Below, in pieces: positions 9,167 to 18,341 of a stretch of 64,000 nt of DNA. Every line of letters starts with the position of its first letter. Positions within the stretch are counted from its first letter, which is position 1. Both the position numbers and the translations under genes were made by a program. The notes beneath the pieces were generated by a model that made no database searches, was not told the origin of the DNA, and worked only from the letters and a program-made list of their open reading frames with translations. Source of the stretch: an uncultured Clostridia bacterium (GTDB taxonomy: Bacteria; Bacillota; Clostridia; Christensenellales; Borkfalkiaceae); NCBI GenBank assembly GCA_947632505.1, contig CANRPN010000001.1:3870-67869 (forward strand). The letters run 5' to 3'.

Positions 9167-12016
9167 ATGAAGAAGTACATGATCCGTATTCTGACCGTGC
9201 TGTGCCTGGTTTGCTTCGGAGCGGCGATGTTTGTCGGCTGTAAAGAAGAGCCGAAAGAACCGCCCGTAGAAGACACCCAATACACGGTCACTTACGCCGC
9301 AGGCGGCGGTACGGGAACTGCTCCCGCCGTGGAGAAGTACAAAGAGGGCGATACCTTTAAGGTAAAGGAAAATCCTTTCTCCAAAGAGGGCAGCACTTTT
9401 AAGACGTGGAACGACGGTTCCAAGGATTATGCTCCCGGCGCCGATTACACCATGCCCAAGAAGAACGTAACGTTCACTGCGCAGTGGGAAGAAAACGGCA
9501 CGGTCACGCCTGCAACGAAGGTAACCGTTACATATAGCCTCGGCGAAAATTCAACGGGAAAGGCTCCTGATGCGCAAGAGGTCGATAAGGGCGGACAAGT
9601 AACCCTTCCCGCGGCTCCCGCATGGGAAGGCCATACCTTTAAGGGCTGGAAGGTCGGAAACGACGCTACGTTGAAGAAAGCGGGCGATAAGATCACCGTC
9701 AACGAAAACGTCACCGTCACCGCGCAGTGGGAAGTGCAGAAGGAACAAGTCACCGTCACCTTCGATCTCGGCGGCGTGGAACTGCTCAATCCCCAAGACT
9801 CGAAGACTGCATGGACTACGCCTAATCCCGTACAGACCAACAAGGACGAAGAATATACTCTTCCCGCAGCTCCCGCATGGTGGGCAGGCCATATGTTCAC
9901 GGGTTGGAAAGTAGGCGACGGCGAAGTCAAGAAAGCGGGTGAAAAGATCACGCCTACCGCAGATGTCAAGCTCACCGCTCAGTGGAAAGAAGCGCAGAGC
10001 ATCACGGGTGCATCGTTCGAAACGACAGTGGATACGGTTTATGTCGTTGTGGTCGGGACTTATGAAGGCTACACCGACGAAGGAATGCAGAGCGCGCTCG
10101 AAAACTGCAATGAGAGAATTTTGAAATTCAGTATCTGCCAGGCTCATACCCCCTATGATTATTTGGAACCCGATATTGAAGCAGAAGCCGAGAAAGGGAC
10201 TTTCACGATTAAGTTCGACGTGACCGATTTCGAAAACGACTCGTATTTTGTTACCGAAAACAGAAACGGTTATGGCAATGTCAAGGCTGTTACATGCGAA
10301 GAAACCGAGATTTTGGGTGCCAAAAAATATCAGCTCGTCGGTAGCGTCGGGAATGACTTGACACTCACAGTAAGCAATGCAAGTCAGTCGAGAGATCTTA
10401 CCGATATCACATTGACGAAAGAGGGGGATAAGATCTACCTCTCTTACATCGGCACCTTTATGGGCTATACCGATGCAGAGTTGAAGGCCTATCTCGAAGA
10501 TGAAAGCATCTTCTATTTCTGGGGAAATGGCGGTGCGCAGAGCCAAAACCCTGCGAGAGTTGCTACCGTTTCCGCCGGCACATGGACACTCAAATTCGAT
10601 GTCACCGATCTGCCCGACGATAAAGAATATGCGCTTTGCTGGAAAGATTTTACCGGAAAACTCGGTGCTGACTTGGTCCATCCGAAGGCGGACGCGACCG
10701 ATACCACGTTGACTTTGAATAATCGTTCCTATCATCTGATTGTAAAGGCTTGGAATGATGCTTGCCGTCTTGAAATCGGAGCCGCGGCTACCGAACCTCC
10801 CGCAGATCAGACTTGCGTTGTTACCGGATTGGACATTGCAGTCGATGAGACAGCGCAGAAAGTTTATCTTACGGCCAGCGGTACTTTTACGGGCTACACC
10901 GAAGCCGAACTTAAAGCCCTCTTTGAAGGCACCAACAAGATGTATGTCCATTTTTGGGGCGATTCGGCAAAGATGGAAACTCCCGCGAGCACTGTCGTGA
11001 CGACGAGCGAAGGGACCTGGACTGCGAAAAGCGATGTTACCAATCTGAAAGATGACGAACTCCGCAACGTCCTCATCAATGGCGAATTGAAACTTGACAT
11101 TCAAGATAAGACGGTCGTACTCGGTGAAAAGGCATACACGCTTCAAAAGGCAAACGGCTATGGTAACACGGGGCTTAGAGTCGGGGCGAAGTTTGCAAGA
11201 CCTTCTTCCGCTCGGCTTGAACTCACTCCTGACAAGGGCAACGGCACGGACGAGAACTTCAAAAACGACATCGAAAAAGCCTTCTTCGTGATTTCGGGTA
11301 AATATTACAGTGAAGTCACGGAAAGCGAAGCGAAAACTTTCTTCTCGAAAGACAAATATCCTTTCGAGTTCGGTAGCTATAACAGCACCAAAGATCGTAT
11401 CAGAAGGATCTCGATCGACACCACGGCGCACACCTATACCGTGAAGTTCGATGTCAGTTGGCTTCCCGCTGGCGAGCATTATTGCCGCTTCGGCCCGAAG
11501 GGCGGAAACGACGACCTCAGGCTCTCTAAACAGGCTTGTCCCGACAACACCGTGAAATCGGTCGGCAGCACCTATACGCTCACCAATTATAACGGAACGG
11601 ATGACCATTGGGGCTGCATCGTTCTGAAAGTGGAGCGCAACTACGCTGTCACGGGTGTAACCGTTCAAGAAGAAAGCGGCAAACCCACCCTTACCGTCAG
11701 CGGCACGTTCGACAGCGCATTCACGCCCGAACAGATCAAGAAGTTCCTCGAAGACGAGGATATCCGTTCGATGTGCGTCGACCTCTATGGCGAAGGCTGG
11801 AACAAAGTCAAGACCGTCGTCACCACCGAAGCGGGCAAGTTCACCGTGAAGATCGACCTCTCCGAAGTGGCAAACGGAAGTTATATCGTTGCTATCGACG
11901 CCAGCGGCTACGGCAATATCACGATGGAAAGCATCACGGGTACCTTGTCGAGCGGCGGAAAAACTTATACCCTTTCCGTAGACGGAGACAAGAACGTAAA
12001 ACTCACGATCGCATAA
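9167..12016 (+). CDS. Large surface lipoprotein: three Listeria-Bacteroides (Flg_new / InlB B-repeat) domains followed by five copies of an uncharacterised ~135-aa module
   Basis: Signal peptide with lipobox (MFVGC). Three units of the form YTVTY...F.GW...vTAQW. Then five units containing GT(Y/F)xGYT(D/E)AELKA...GTWT.KFDVT(D/N)L. Confidence 0.8.
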   Translation: MKKYMIRILTVLCLVCFGAAMFVGCKEEPKEPPVEDTQYTVTYAAGGGTGTAPAVEKYKEGDTFKVKENPFSKEGSTFKTWNDGSKDYAPGADYTMPKKNVTFTAQWEENGTVTPATKVTVTYSLGENSTGKAPDAQEVDKGGQVTLPAAPAWEGHTFKGWKVGNDATLKKAGDKITVNENVTVTAQWEVQKEQVTVTFDLGGVELLNPQDSKTAWTTPNPVQTNKDEEYTLPAAPAWWAGHMFTGWKVGDGEVKKAGEKITPTADVKLTAQWKEAQSITGASFETTVDTVYVVVVGTYEGYTDEGMQSALENCNERILKFSICQAHTPYDYLEPDIEAEAEKGTFTIKFDVTDFENDSYFVTENRNGYGNVKAVTCEETEILGAKKYQLVGSVGNDLTLTVSNASQSRDLTDITLTKEGDKIYLSYIGTFMGYTDAELKAYLEDESIFYFWGNGGAQSQNPARVATVSAGTWTLKFDVTDLPDDKEYALCWKDFTGKLGADLVHPKADATDTTLTLNNRSYHLIVKAWNDACRLEIGAAATEPPADQTCVVTGLDIAVDETAQKVYLTASGTFTGYTEAELKALFEGTNKMYVHFWGDSAKMETPASTVVTTSEGTWTAKSDVTNLKDDELRNVLINGELKLDIQDKTVVLGEKAYTLQKANGYGNTGLRVGAKFARPSSARLELTPDKGNGTDENFKNDIEKAFFVISGKYYSEVTESEAKTFFSKDKYPFEFGSYNSTKDRIRRISIDTTAHTYTVKFDVSWLPAGEHYCRFGPKGGNDDLRLSKQACPDNTVKSVGSTYTLTNYNGTDDHWGCIVLKVERNYAVTGVTVQEESGKPTLTVSGTFDSAFTPEQIKKFLEDEDIRSMCVDLYGEGWNKVKTVVTTEAGKFTVKIDLSEVANGSYIVAIDASGYGNITMESITGTLSSGGKTYTLSVDGDKNVKLTIA

Positions 12017-12034
12017 CAGATCGCGTATTCTGCG

Positions 12035-12070
12035 TAAAAAAAGGTCACGGCTCTCCGTGGCCTTTTTTTG
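12035..12070 (+). terminator. Intrinsic terminator after the lipoprotein gene
   Basis: 10-bp hairpin (12041-12064) flanked by A7 and T7. A second 14-bp GC hairpin lies at 12089-12120. Confidence 0.75.
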
Positions 12071-12246
12071 CTGCCGTGTCTGCGCTCGCACCCGCCCGCG
12101 CACTTGTGCGCGGGCGGGTGCGCCGCGCTATCTTTCCGCATTGTGCAAAATATACAATCTCACGGGGGATGTTTGTAATAATTGCCTATTGCATTTTCCC
12201 CCGAAAAGATGTAAAATAGTAACAGAAATCGATTTTGGAGGAAATT

Positions 12247-13605
12247 ATGTCCGGTCTTTTACTCAAAGGCATCAACAAAGTTTATCCCGGCGGCAACCAG
12301 GCAGTGTTCAACTTCTGCCTCGAAATCCGCGACAAGGAATTCATGGTATTCGTCGGTCCCTCCGGCTGCGGTAAGTCTACGACCCTTCGTATGATCGCCG
12401 GCCTCGAAGAGATCTCTTCCGGCGAACTTTACATCGACGGTAAGCTCGTCAACGACGTCGTTCCCAAAGACAGAGATATCGCCATGGTCTTCCAGAACTA
12501 CGCGCTTTATCCCCATATGTCCGTGTACGACAACATGGCATTCGGCTTGAAGCTCAGAAAGGTTCCCAAGGAAACCATCGACGAAAAAGTGAAGGCGGCC
12601 GCGGAGATCCTCGGCATCACCGAATATCTCTCCCGTAAACCCAAGGCTTTGTCCGGTGGTCAGCGCCAGCGTGTTGCACTCGGCCGTACTATCGTCCGTG
12701 AGCCCAAGGTATTCCTCCTCGACGAACCTCTGTCGAACTTGGATGCAAAGCTCCGTGCGCAGATGCGTACCGAGATCAGTAAGCTCCATGCCCGTCTTGC
12801 CACGACTTTCATTTACGTCACCCATGACCAGATCGAAGCCATGACGATGGGTACCCGTATCGTTGTCATGAAAGACGGTTTCATGCAGCAGGTAGATACC
12901 CCTCAGAACCTGTACGACTATCCCATCAACCTCTTCGTTGCGGGCTTCATCGGCACCCCTCAGATGAACTTCTTCAAGAACGCTACCCTCACGCAGGAGA
13001 ACGGTAAGGTGTACGTCAATTTCATCGGCGACAACAAGATCGCTCTTCCCAAGACGGTCGTTTCCAAGATCAAGAATCTTGACGAATATGTCAACACCGG
13101 CAAGGAAGTCACCCTCGGCGTCCGCCCCGAAGATATTCACCAGGACGATCTGTTCATCTCCAACTCTCCCGACACCATTGTCAAGGCGAGGATCGACGTC
13201 ATTGAAAAGCTCGGCGCCGAAATGCAGATCTACTGCGATGTCGACTATAAGACCGACAAGACCACGATCGTCGACAGTGTTTCCCAGATGATCGCGAAGA
13301 TCTCTTCCCGTGCTACCGTCTCTCTGGGCGAAGTTGTGGAACTTGCCTTCGACGCAAAGCACATTCATCTCTTTGACGGCTACACCGAAGCGACCATGCT
13401 CGAAAGAGACGAGCACTACGATGTGATCCCCGAGAACGCAGAGGGCGCAGCTTTCGTGCCTCCTACACCTCAGGAGATGCAGGCGCAGATCGAAGCGGCA
13501 AGAGTCATCACCAAAGAAATGAAGAAACAGGCAAAGCGCGACGCCAAGATGGAAGCGAAGCGTGCGTCCGCCGAAAACAACGACGACAAGCCTACCCAGG
13601 AATAA
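12247..13605 (+). CDS. msmX: Sugar-type ABC transporter ATP-binding protein (MalK/MsmX/UgpC family), orphan, with a ~80-aa charged C-terminal tail
   Basis: Walker A GPSGCGKST, LSGGQRQRVALGR, LLDEPLSNLDAKLR and a TOBE-like domain. SD ggagga at 12238. No permease or binding-protein gene is adjacent. Confidence 0.85.
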   Translation: MSGLLLKGINKVYPGGNQAVFNFCLEIRDKEFMVFVGPSGCGKSTTLRMIAGLEEISSGELYIDGKLVNDVVPKDRDIAMVFQNYALYPHMSVYDNMAFGLKLRKVPKETIDEKVKAAAEILGITEYLSRKPKALSGGQRQRVALGRTIVREPKVFLLDEPLSNLDAKLRAQMRTEISKLHARLATTFIYVTHDQIEAMTMGTRIVVMKDGFMQQVDTPQNLYDYPINLFVAGFIGTPQMNFFKNATLTQENGKVYVNFIGDNKIALPKTVVSKIKNLDEYVNTGKEVTLGVRPEDIHQDDLFISNSPDTIVKARIDVIEKLGAEMQIYCDVDYKTDKTTIVDSVSQMIAKISSRATVSLGEVVELAFDAKHIHLFDGYTEATMLERDEHYDVIPENAEGAAFVPPTPQEMQAQIEAARVITKEMKKQAKRDAKMEAKRASAENNDDKPTQE

Positions 13606-13665
13606 TTCAAGAAAGTTACCAAAGAGCGCTCCGAGAGGGGCGCTCTTTCTCTGCCGCGGAAACGG

Positions 13666-13694
13666 TTGACAAACGGCGTAAAAAAGGGTAAGAT
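13666..13694 (+). promoter_or_regulatory. Sigma-A-type promoter (TTGACA-17-TAAGAT)
   Basis: -35 at 13666-13671 and -10 at 13689-13694, 30 nt upstream of the 13724 ATG. Confidence 0.5.
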
Positions 13695-13723
13695 AGAGTA
13701 GATTTTTCAAAGGAGGAACGGAT

Positions 13724-14665
13724 ATGGGCGAAGTTTTTCTCGACGGCTTTTTGGATGCGTTGAAATTGCTGCCTTTTTTGTTTCTCCTCTATATCCTCAT
13801 TGAACTTTTGGAGCACAGAACCGCCATGGGCAAACCCGGGCGGGCGATCACAGGCAAATTTGCCCCGCTCATCGGCGCGGCGGCAGGACTTGTGCCGATG
13901 TGCGGATTTTCGGTGATGGCGAGCAAGCTCTACCAAAGAAAATATCTCACCGTCGGCACCCTGTTCGCCGTGTTGATCGCTACCAGCGACGAGGCGCTTT
14001 TGGTGCTTGCGCTCTCCTCGCTGTCCGTGCTCGAAAAAGTGTACACCATCCTCGCCCTCCTCGGCGTAAAATTTGTGCTCGCGGTGGGGGTAGGATATTT
14101 CATTGACTTCGTCGCAAAAAAGTGCGGTGCCATTCGGCCCGCTCCCGTTCCGCAGTCCGTGCAGGAACATCATGAACATATGCATGGGCATCATGAGCAT
14201 GAGCACGAGCACGACCCCGGGGTAGAGGAGATGTCTGTGTGTGAACACAGGCACGAGAGCAAGTGGACGCTCTATCTTTTTTCGCCTCTTTTGCACGCGC
14301 TTGAAGTGGCGGCGATCGTATTTGGGTTTAACGTTCTATTCGGGTCGCTCTTCTATCTGATCGGGCAGGAGAAGGTGATCGGCTTTTTGCAGGGAGCGGG
14401 ATATTGGTATCAACCGCTCATGGCATCGCTGGTCGGGCTCGTGCCGAATTGTGCGTCGAGCGTGGTGCTCGCCGAAACCTATGCGGTGGGAGGCATCGGC
14501 TTTTCGGCGTTGCTCGGCGGACTTGTCACCAATGCGGGCCTCGGCGTGTTTGTTCTCTTCCGTGAGAGAAAGGAGTGGAAGCGCAATCTGTTGATTTTGG
14601 GTGCAACCCTCGCCCTCGGCGTATTGTTTGGATATGCCGCCGGCGCGGTCGAATTTTTGATATAA
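13724..14665 (+). CDS. Polytopic membrane protein, putative metal-ion exporter (ArsP_2-like) with a His-rich loop
   Basis: About 10 hydrophobic segments. The N-terminal FLDALKLLPFLFLLYILIELLEH resembles the ArsP_2 family (from memory). The central loop is QEHHEHMHGHHEHEHEHD. Confidence 0.6.
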   Translation: MGEVFLDGFLDALKLLPFLFLLYILIELLEHRTAMGKPGRAITGKFAPLIGAAAGLVPMCGFSVMASKLYQRKYLTVGTLFAVLIATSDEALLVLALSSLSVLEKVYTILALLGVKFVLAVGVGYFIDFVAKKCGAIRPAPVPQSVQEHHEHMHGHHEHEHEHDPGVEEMSVCEHRHESKWTLYLFSPLLHALEVAAIVFGFNVLFGSLFYLIGQEKVIGFLQGAGYWYQPLMASLVGLVPNCASSVVLAETYAVGGIGFSALLGGLVTNAGLGVFVLFRERKEWKRNLLILGATLALGVLFGYAAGAVEFLI

Positions 14666-14691
14666 AAAAGCTGATTCAGGGAGGACGGACA

Positions 14692-15765
14692 ATGTGTCTT
14701 GCCGAAAATTCCCAGCCAATGAGTAGCGAAGAGAAGTACGAAGGATTGACATATGCTACGCGATCGGAGGGGGTACGGCAGGCGCTTGCATGTTCGGCCG
14801 GAAAGGTACTGTTGCTTTCGGAGGACGCCTCCCTTTCGGAATTTTCCACCTCGCCGCGCACGATCTCGATGATTTTCGACGGCGACACCCTTCCGTTGTT
14901 TGCCATGCCGGACGGCGTCTCCCGCATCATCGCCTCGGGCGGAAAGAAAGTTCTCTTTGCCGCGCGCTATTTTGCGGATGTGCGGCAGATTCCCTGTACA
15001 TTGTTCCCCGATTCCGCTGCTCTATTCGGCGCGTTTGAGCAGCAGGGCGAAGTCGTGCTCGGCGGTGAGCGCGTTTTGGCCCACCTCGCGGAGGGAGAGT
15101 GCGTGTGCGACAAAGAGCGCATGCTTCCCACCCTTGCAGACGGGTTTTCGCGGCTTCTTCTCACCCGTCTTGCTGCGTTCGAGGCGGAAGCGCTCAATGC
15201 GTTTGGAATTTCCTGCCGCGGGATCGAGGCGGAGCTCCCGGAAACGGCGGAGGGGATCATCGCGGAAAATGCCCGCGTGCGCCGCGCCGAAAGCTGCGGC
15301 GGTTATGGCGGTGAGGGCACGGTGCTCAGCGGCTTTCTCGGAAAAGAAGAATGCCCCGCATGGAGCGCCTATCTCTTGCTGTCATCGCTGTATGCGGCAT
15401 TCTTCGAGAAGGGCAAACCGCGGCGCTACGCAACGCCCGATTACCGCGCAAGAGCGGAACGTGCGGGGGTGGAGCAATGCTCTATCCGCATTCCCACGAG
15501 GGAAGAATATGCGGTGCGCGCCCTCATCTTGGAGCGTACCCGTGCGCACTTTGTGCGGGGTATCTCCTCTCATATCACAAAACGGGAGGAATACTGCGCG
15601 CTTGTTTCCCGTTTGGAAGGAAAACTGCTGCCCATAAAAGGGGGCAATATGGATAAACTTGAAATTTTGCCCGAACATGCGGGAAGCGGGCTCTCCGCGA
15701 TCATCCGCGACTTCGGCCTTATGGAATGGCATCATGACAAAAGAAGCTCTGTTAAATCAAACTGA
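14692..15765 (+). CDS. Hypothetical protein; weak, degenerate resemblance to the DHQS / Fe-ADH / glycerol-1-phosphate dehydrogenase fold
   Basis: SD gggagga precedes the ATG at 14692. KVLLLSED...IIASGGKKVLFAARYFADVRQIPCTLFPDS resembles the GGGxxxDxxK...PxxxVPT nucleotide-binding region, but key residues are substituted. Confidence 0.55.
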   Translation: MCLAENSQPMSSEEKYEGLTYATRSEGVRQALACSAGKVLLLSEDASLSEFSTSPRTISMIFDGDTLPLFAMPDGVSRIIASGGKKVLFAARYFADVRQIPCTLFPDSAALFGAFEQQGEVVLGGERVLAHLAEGECVCDKERMLPTLADGFSRLLLTRLAAFEAEALNAFGISCRGIEAELPETAEGIIAENARVRRAESCGGYGGEGTVLSGFLGKEECPAWSAYLLLSSLYAAFFEKGKPRRYATPDYRARAERAGVEQCSIRIPTREEYAVRALILERTRAHFVRGISSHITKREEYCALVSRLEGKLLPIKGGNMDKLEILPEHAGSGLSAIIRDFGLMEWHHDKRSSVKSN

Positions 15766-16516
15766 TCTGTTCCTGTTGGATCTCGACGGCACCGTCTATC
15801 TCGATGAAACGCCGATCGGCAGCGCAGCTGAGACGCTGCAAGCGCTGCGCGTGCGCGGCAAGCAGCTCGTCTTTCTCACGAACAATTCTTCCAAGACAGA
15901 GGAAGAATATCGCGCAAAGCTCATCCGTATCGGGCTTTGGGGAGAAGGCGACCGCGTGTACACTTCGGGGATGGCGACGATCTCCTATTTGGGCAGACAC
16001 TTTGCGGGAAAGCGGGTCTATCTTGTGGGCACGGAGGCGCTGAAACGCGAGTTTTCGGCGGCGGGCATTGTGCTCGATGAGGAGGACCCCGACCTCTGCG
16101 TGCTTGCCTATGACGTCCAACTCACTTTTGCAAAAATCAAAAAACTGAACGCTTTTTTGAGGGCGGGGAAACCGTTTTTTGCCACCCATCCGGACGACGT
16201 CTGCCCCACAAAAGACGTGCCTATGCCCGACGTCGGCTCCTTCCTTGCCATGTTCGAGCGCTCTTCCGGGAGAAAACCCGATCTGATCATCGGAAAGCCA
16301 TTCACGCCGATGGGAGAGGAACTTGCCTCATTTACGGGAACGCCTCAGGCCAAAATGTGTATGATCGGGGACCGCATGCATACCGACATCCGTTTCGCCG
16401 CAAACAACGGGATGAAGAGCGTGCTCGTCCTCTCGGGTGAGACCACGCGGGAGACGATGAAAAATTTCCCCGATCGGCCCGATTTGGTGCTGGAAACGAT
16501 CAATGAAATTTTATAA
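15734..16516 (+). CDS. HAD-IIA family sugar-phosphate phosphatase (NagD/AraL-like)
   Basis: FLLDLDGTVY (DxDGT motif I), LTNNSS (motif II), GDRMHTDI (motif IV). Overlaps the previous gene by 32 nt. Confidence 0.85.
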   Translation: MTKEALLNQTDLFLLDLDGTVYLDETPIGSAAETLQALRVRGKQLVFLTNNSSKTEEEYRAKLIRIGLWGEGDRVYTSGMATISYLGRHFAGKRVYLVGTEALKREFSAAGIVLDEEDPDLCVLAYDVQLTFAKIKKLNAFLRAGKPFFATHPDDVCPTKDVPMPDVGSFLAMFERSSGRKPDLIIGKPFTPMGEELASFTGTPQAKMCMIGDRMHTDIRFAANNGMKSVLVLSGETTRETMKNFPDRPDLVLETINEIL

Positions 16517-16569
16517 AGCCGTTTGAAAGAATGCGCTTTGGTGGTATAATGAATAAGCGGAGGTCCTGT

Positions 16570-16872
16570 ATGCAAGAAGTAACCATTCTCAAAACCGCGC
16601 CCTTGACTTTTTCTTTGAGCGGGGAAATCGATTCCAAAAATGCCGAGGAGTTTTATGCCGCGGTGCTCGCTGCCTATGAAAAGGAGAAGGGAGATATCGT
16701 GTTCGACTGCGAAACGCTCACTTTCATCGACTCCACCACTTTGGGCACGTTTGTCAAGATCTTGAAGCATGTGCGTTCAGACGGGCACGGCATGAAGCTC
16801 ATCAAAATGCAGCCCCGTTTGAAAAAACTGTTCGTAATTTGCGCACTCGATACGATCATGGAGATAGAATGA
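16570..16872 (+). CDS. STAS-domain anti-sigma-factor antagonist (SpoIIAA/RsbV-like)
   Basis: About 100 aa. FIDSTTLG contains the conserved phosphorylatable Ser context (DSSGLG in SpoIIAA). Confidence 0.85.
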   Translation: MQEVTILKTAPLTFSLSGEIDSKNAEEFYAAVLAAYEKEKGDIVFDCETLTFIDSTTLGTFVKILKHVRSDGHGMKLIKMQPRLKKLFVICALDTIMEIE

Positions 16873-17231
16873 TGCTGATGAACATGGAATTTCCCCTCGA
16901 TCGGGAGATTATGACGACGGTGCGTTTGGCAACGGGCGGGATCTGCTCTCTCGCCGGATTCGGCTTGGATGCCTCCGAGGACTGCAAGGTATGCATTACC
17001 GAAAGCCTTCTCCTGCTGCTGCACGCCGGCTGTAAAAGAGCCAAACTCGGCTTTTTTCGTGAGGAAGGGCTGAGGATCGAACTGCTGGGAGAGGGCGGCG
17101 TTCCCTCCGAAGAAAAGACGACGGAAGAGGAGATCTCCGTTGCGCTTCTTACCGCTCTTGTAGACGGCCTTTCCATTGAGAGCACAGCAGGAGGCACCCG
17201 AATTTCTTTTGCTTTTAAGGACGCGGAATGA
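16869..17231 (+). CDS. Truncated, apparently degenerate SpoIIAB/RsbW-like anti-sigma protein (no recognisable ATP-binding boxes)
   Basis: Sits in the SpoIIAB position and aligns with its N-terminal region (MEFPLDREIMTTVRLATGG...ITESLLLLLHAG). The N-box Asn, the DxGxG box and the GxGxG box are absent. Its ATG overlaps the upstream stop (ATGA). Confidence 0.6.
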   Translation: MMLMNMEFPLDREIMTTVRLATGGICSLAGFGLDASEDCKVCITESLLLLLHAGCKRAKLGFFREEGLRIELLGEGGVPSEEKTTEEEISVALLTALVDGLSIESTAGGTRISFAFKDAE

Positions 17232-17953
17232 ACGAGAGTGAACTGTTCGCAACCTATCGCGCAAGCGGTGATCTCGCGGTCCGCAACAAGATCGTGGAAC
17301 AATATCTCCCCGTCGCGGCAATGATCGCCAAAAAGTTTGTGGGACGCGGAGTGGAGTTTGACGATCTCTATCAGATCGCGTCTCTTGCGCTCATAAAGGG
17401 AGTCGACCGCTTTGACGAGACGAAAGGGGTCAAATTTTCCACGTTCATCACGCCGACGATCGCGGGCGAGATCAAAAATTACTTCCGCGACCGTTCCCGT
17501 CTCATTCATCTGCCGCGAAGAGTTTCCGAGCTCCGCCACAGCGCGCGCAAAACGGCCGACCGCATTTTAGCGGAGACGGGCAAGAATCCCTCTCCGCGAG
17601 AGATCGCAGCCGAATTGGGGGTGTCGGAAGAGGACCTCGTTACGGCAATGGAGTCCGGGAGCGTCGTATCCCTCGACCGTCCCGCCGAGGACGGGGAAGG
17701 CGGGAGCTATTATGACGTGATCGCCGCTCCCGCAGACGATTTCGAATTTTTAGAGCGGACGGATGCGGTGCACGCGGCGCTCGGCGATCTTACAGAGGAG
17801 GAGCGCAAGATCGTCGATCTCCGTTTCGGCAAAGAGCTCTCCCAGGCGGAGACCGCGCAGCGGCTGAACACCACGCAAATGCATATCTCCCGCATGGAAC
17901 ATAAAATTTTGGAAAAACTGAAAGAGAACCTCAAAAAGAGTGCGGTAGACTGA
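17228..17953 (+). CDS. Sigma-70 family sigma factor, SigB/SigF/SigG subgroup
   Basis: Region 2 (DDLYQIASLALIKGVDRFD, TFITPTIAGEIKNYFRD) and region 4 HTH (LSQAETAQRLNTTQMHISRMEHKIL). Operon context with the STAS gene. Confidence 0.9.
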   Translation: MNESELFATYRASGDLAVRNKIVEQYLPVAAMIAKKFVGRGVEFDDLYQIASLALIKGVDRFDETKGVKFSTFITPTIAGEIKNYFRDRSRLIHLPRRVSELRHSARKTADRILAETGKNPSPREIAAELGVSEEDLVTAMESGSVVSLDRPAEDGEGGSYYDVIAAPADDFEFLERTDAVHAALGDLTEEERKIVDLRFGKELSQAETAQRLNTTQMHISRMEHKILEKLKENLKKSAVD

Positions 17954-18309
17954 TGTACTTCGAAATCGACGATTACAACGCGCTGCGAAATGCGCTGCAA
18001 AAGATGAGCCTCGCCTTTCAAAAGGAATTTTCCGAAGAGACGATCTTCAACAGTAAATTGGTGGCGACCGAGCTCTTGTCCAATGTGTTACAGCACGGCG
18101 GGGGACGGGCGCAGTTCCGCGTAGAACGCAGGGGAGACGAGATCTGCATCTGCGTCCAATGCGACAAGAAATTCCGTCCTCCCGAAAAGAGCGCCTGTGC
18201 CGATCTTTATGCCGAATGCGGGCGTGGGCTCTTCCTCGTGGATGCTTTCTGTGAGCGCCGCACTTATACCGAAGAAGAGGGGATCACCGTCTTTCTCAAA
18301 GTACAATAA
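17953..18309 (+). CDS. Small HATPase_c_2-like anti-sigma/Ser-kinase-like protein (118 aa)
   Basis: N-box-like ATELLSNVLQHGGG and G2-like GRGLFLVDAF. Its start overlaps the sigma-gene stop (TGATG). Confidence 0.65.
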   Translation: MYFEIDDYNALRNALQKMSLAFQKEFSEETIFNSKLVATELLSNVLQHGGGRAQFRVERRGDEICICVQCDKKFRPPEKSACADLYAECGRGLFLVDAFCERRTYTEEEGITVFLKVQ

Positions 18310-18333
18310 AACCGCACACAAAGTGCGGTTTTA
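18307..18333. terminator. Bidirectional intrinsic terminator
   Basis: aaaaccgcac-acaaa-gtgcggtttt between convergent genes. Confidence 0.7.
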
Positions 18334-18341
18334 TCGATTTT

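Noticed and set aside
9551-12103. 850-aa ORF on the minus strand
   Set aside because: It is antisense to the 9167-12016 lipoprotein gene, has Arg/Gly/Asp-rich junk composition, and has no SD or signal features. The + strand product has a lipobox, clear repeat domains, a consensus promoter and a terminator. This is a typical shadow ORF.
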